NCBI GenBank assembly: GCA_017508405.1
Contig: JAFVYY010000089.1
Span: 1-40,646, forward strand
Source of the DNA: Clostridia bacterium
GTDB lineage: Bacteria; Bacillota; Clostridia; Oscillospirales; CAG-272
DNA length: 40,646 bases
Direction of reading: 5' to 3'
The notes under the pieces are model-generated. The model saw nothing but the letters and a program-made list of their open reading frames with translations, was not told where the DNA came from and ran no database searches. The translations under genes were made by a program, and so were the position numbers. This document shows positions 38,626-40,646 of this stretch, one piece after another (position 1 is the stretch's first letter; each line of letters opens with the position of its first letter).

Positions 38626-40455
38626 TTATTTATACATTGGACCGTAGGTTGCGCAAGCTCTGTAGTCCTGACCCTCTTTATCCATACCGAATGCGTTCCA
38701 AGCAGCAGGACGGAAGATCTTATCCTCGGGTACGTTGTGCATACATACGGGGATTCTGAGCATTGAACAAAGTGTAATAAGATCAGCACCGATATGACCG
38801 TAGCTGATAGCTCCGTGATTAGCACCCCAGTTCTGCATAACCTCATATGCAGTCTTGAAGGGGCTACCGTCCTTGCCGTCGCATCTGGGTGCAAACCATG
38901 TGCAAGGCCATGTAGGATTGGTTCTTTCCATAAGCTTATCGGAAACGTCATCAGGAAGCTTGACAGTCCAACCCTCTGCAATCTGGAGAACGGGACCGAG
39001 ACCCTTAACGAGATTAAGTCTTATCATTGTACAAGGCATTTCGGCTCTTGTTGTAAAGTGGCTGGAGAATCCGCCGCCTCTGAAGTTATCAAAGCCTGCT
39101 TCGCACCATACGGTAGCATCTGTCATCTTCTTGATATCCTCTTCGGTAACATCCCACCATCTCTTCATAACAGCATTGCCATCCTCGTCTGTGCATTCAC
39201 CGCAAGCATCAAGACAAGCTGCGCCAGAGTTAAGAAGGTGAATAATACCGTTACATTCCTTAGCCTTACCCTCAAACTTATAGCCTGTTACTCTTTCGGT
39301 AGCTTCGCCTGACCAGTATGTACGAACGTCAGCAAAAATCTGAGCTCTATGAGTAAGAAGTCTCATAAAGAGCATACAAACGCCGTTTAAAACGTCATTT
39401 TCCGTAGCAAGTGTATAGGGCTCTCTTGCGCCGTTATGGTCGAATGTAGAGGAAAGAAGCGCTTCGGGATAGTCACAGTTGGGCCAATGGTCAGTCCATT
39501 GTCTCTGTCCCTGGAATCCGCCTACAATTGCGTTATGACCCGCTTTTTCTTCAACAAATGCGTCGGGAAGATTCTTATTACCCATCATAAGATCCTTTAT
39601 GATGCAGTACATTTTAACTGTAAATTCCCACTGCTTTTCCTTTTCTTCCTTAGTAAACTTAATTTTTCTGTTCTCACCGAGGAATTCAACGGATTCAGGG
39701 TTATCGTCTCTGCCCTCTTTGCAGTGCTCCTTAGCCCACTTAAGAGCCTTCTGATATTCTGCCTCGTCGTAAATGCCTTCTTCCATTCGGCGAAGGATCT
39801 CAACCTCGTCAACGGACTCTACTCTCATACCGAGATAGCTTTCCATAAAGTCCTGATCCATAATAGAACCGGCAATACCCATACACTGAGAGCCGATCTG
39901 GAGATAGGATTTGCCCTTCATTGTCGCAACAGCGATAGCGGCTCTACCAAAGCGAAGAAGCTTTTCCTTAACGTCCTCGGGAATTTCACCTACGTCGCCA
40001 ACGTCCTGAACGTCGTGACCGTAGATACCGAATGCGGGAAGACCCTTCTGCGCATGACCTGCAAGAACAGCAGCAAGATATACAGCGCCGGGACGCTCTG
40101 TACCGTTGAAGCCCCAAACACCCTTAATTGTGTTGGGATCCATATCCATTGTTTCTGAGCCGTAGCACCAGCAGGATGTTACGGAAAGTGTAATATCTAC
40201 GCCTTCTCTTCTGAATTTTTCAGCACAAGCTGCCGCTTCCGGTACTCTGCCTATGCAGGTATCTGCAAGAACTACCTTAACGGGATCGCCGTTGGAGTAG
40301 AAAAGATTTTCTTCAAAAAGCTTTTTTGCAGCATTTGCCATTGCCCATACCGTTGGTTCAAGGCTTTCTCTTAACTGCATTGGACCGCGTCTGCCATCAA
40401 TGCAGGGGCGGATACCGATTACGGGATATTCACCTATAATTCTTTTTTCTGCCAT
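38626..40455 (-). CDS. fucI: L-fucose isomerase
   Basis: [48 protein letters not shown]. Confidence 0.97.
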   Translation of the reverse strand: MAEKRIIGEYPVIGIRPCIDGRRGPMQLRESLEPTVWAMANAAKKLFEENLFYSNGDPVKVVLADTCIGRVPEAAACAEKFRREGVDITLSVTSCWCYGSETMDMDPNTIKGVWGFNGTERPGAVYLAAVLAGHAQKGLPAFGIYGHDVQDVGDVGEIPEDVKEKLLRFGRAAIAVATMKGKSYLQIGSQCMGIAGSIMDQDFMESYLGMRVESVDEVEILRRMEEGIYDEAEYQKALKWAKEHCKEGRDDNPESVEFLGENRKIKFTKEEKEKQWEFTVKMYCIIKDLMMGNKNLPDAFVEEKAGHNAIVGGFQGQRQWTDHWPNCDYPEALLSSTFDHNGAREPYTLATENDVLNGVCMLFMRLLTHRAQIFADVRTYWSGEATERVTGYKFEGKAKECNGIIHLLNSGAACLDACGECTDEDGNAVMKRWWDVTEEDIKKMTDATVWCEAGFDNFRGGGFSSHFTTRAEMPCTMIRLNLVKGLGPVLQIAEGWTVKLPDDVSDKLMERTNPTWPCTWFAPRCDGKDGSPFKTAYEVMQNWGANHGAISYGHIGADLITLCSMLRIPVCMHNVPEDKIFRPAAWNAFGMDKEGQDYRACATYGPMYK

Positions 40456-40497
40456 TTTAATTTCCCCTTTTCGAGTTAAATTTTTATACTATAAAAT

Positions 40498-40526
40498 ATT
40501 ATACTATTTTATTGAGCCAAAATCAA
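40498..40526 (-). promoter_or_regulatory. Sigma-A promoter of fucI
   Basis: TTGATT-N17-TATAAT. Confidence 0.65.
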
Positions 40527-40646
40527 GATTATTTTCATATATGTGGGTAAAAATTGCCTGTTTGTTCCTTATTCAAAGTATTTTATGGCAAAATCAATGT
40601 CGGATGGGCCGTGAGGATGGTGGTCCACCCCTACCTTTTTATCGAG

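Noticed and set aside
38794-40158. Several long antisense ORFs inside fucI
   Set aside because: Explained by strong codon bias of fucI; no independent coding signals
1-40646. CRISPR arrays, tRNA/rRNA genes, IS elements, prophage or defence genes
   Set aside because: No regularly spaced repeats, cloverleaf sequences, transposase/integrase or recognisable defence domains seen; intergenic spaces are short and mostly explained by promoters and terminators

Overview
AT-rich chromosomal window from a spore-forming Clostridia (Firmicutes) genome, inferred from yabM-hup-yabO-yabP-yabQ, cdaA-cdaR, bifunctional rel and consensus sigma-A promoters. Left arm (1-16 kb, accessory): two decayed genes only partly or not visible in the ORF track (a VTC/polyphosphate-polymerase remnant and a twice-broken AEC transporter), a radical SAM-kinase pair, a MarR-headed operon of two ABC half-transporters with N-terminal extra domains and CxxC..CxxC ribbons flanking a DUF1854-like gene (best candidate for a poorly described system), a cyclase-nitroreductase-GNAT-SDR operon, a beta-type-looking glnA, a cytoplasmic GH30 and a lone methyltransferase. 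Middle (16-31 kb, core): sporulation/nucleoid genes and an apparently continuous ~11.7 kb cdaA-cdaR-FAD dehydrogenase-recJ-rel-dtd-hemZ-kinase-yabM operon, then rpmB. Right arm (31-40.6 kb): MutS-domain ATPase + DUF2974 hydrolase and a fucose-related cluster (fucI co-transcribed with a sugar nucleotidyltransferase; GH151-like fucosidase). No tRNA, rRNA, CRISPR array, integrase or transposase was recognised. Family names come from motif recognition by eye, not database searches.
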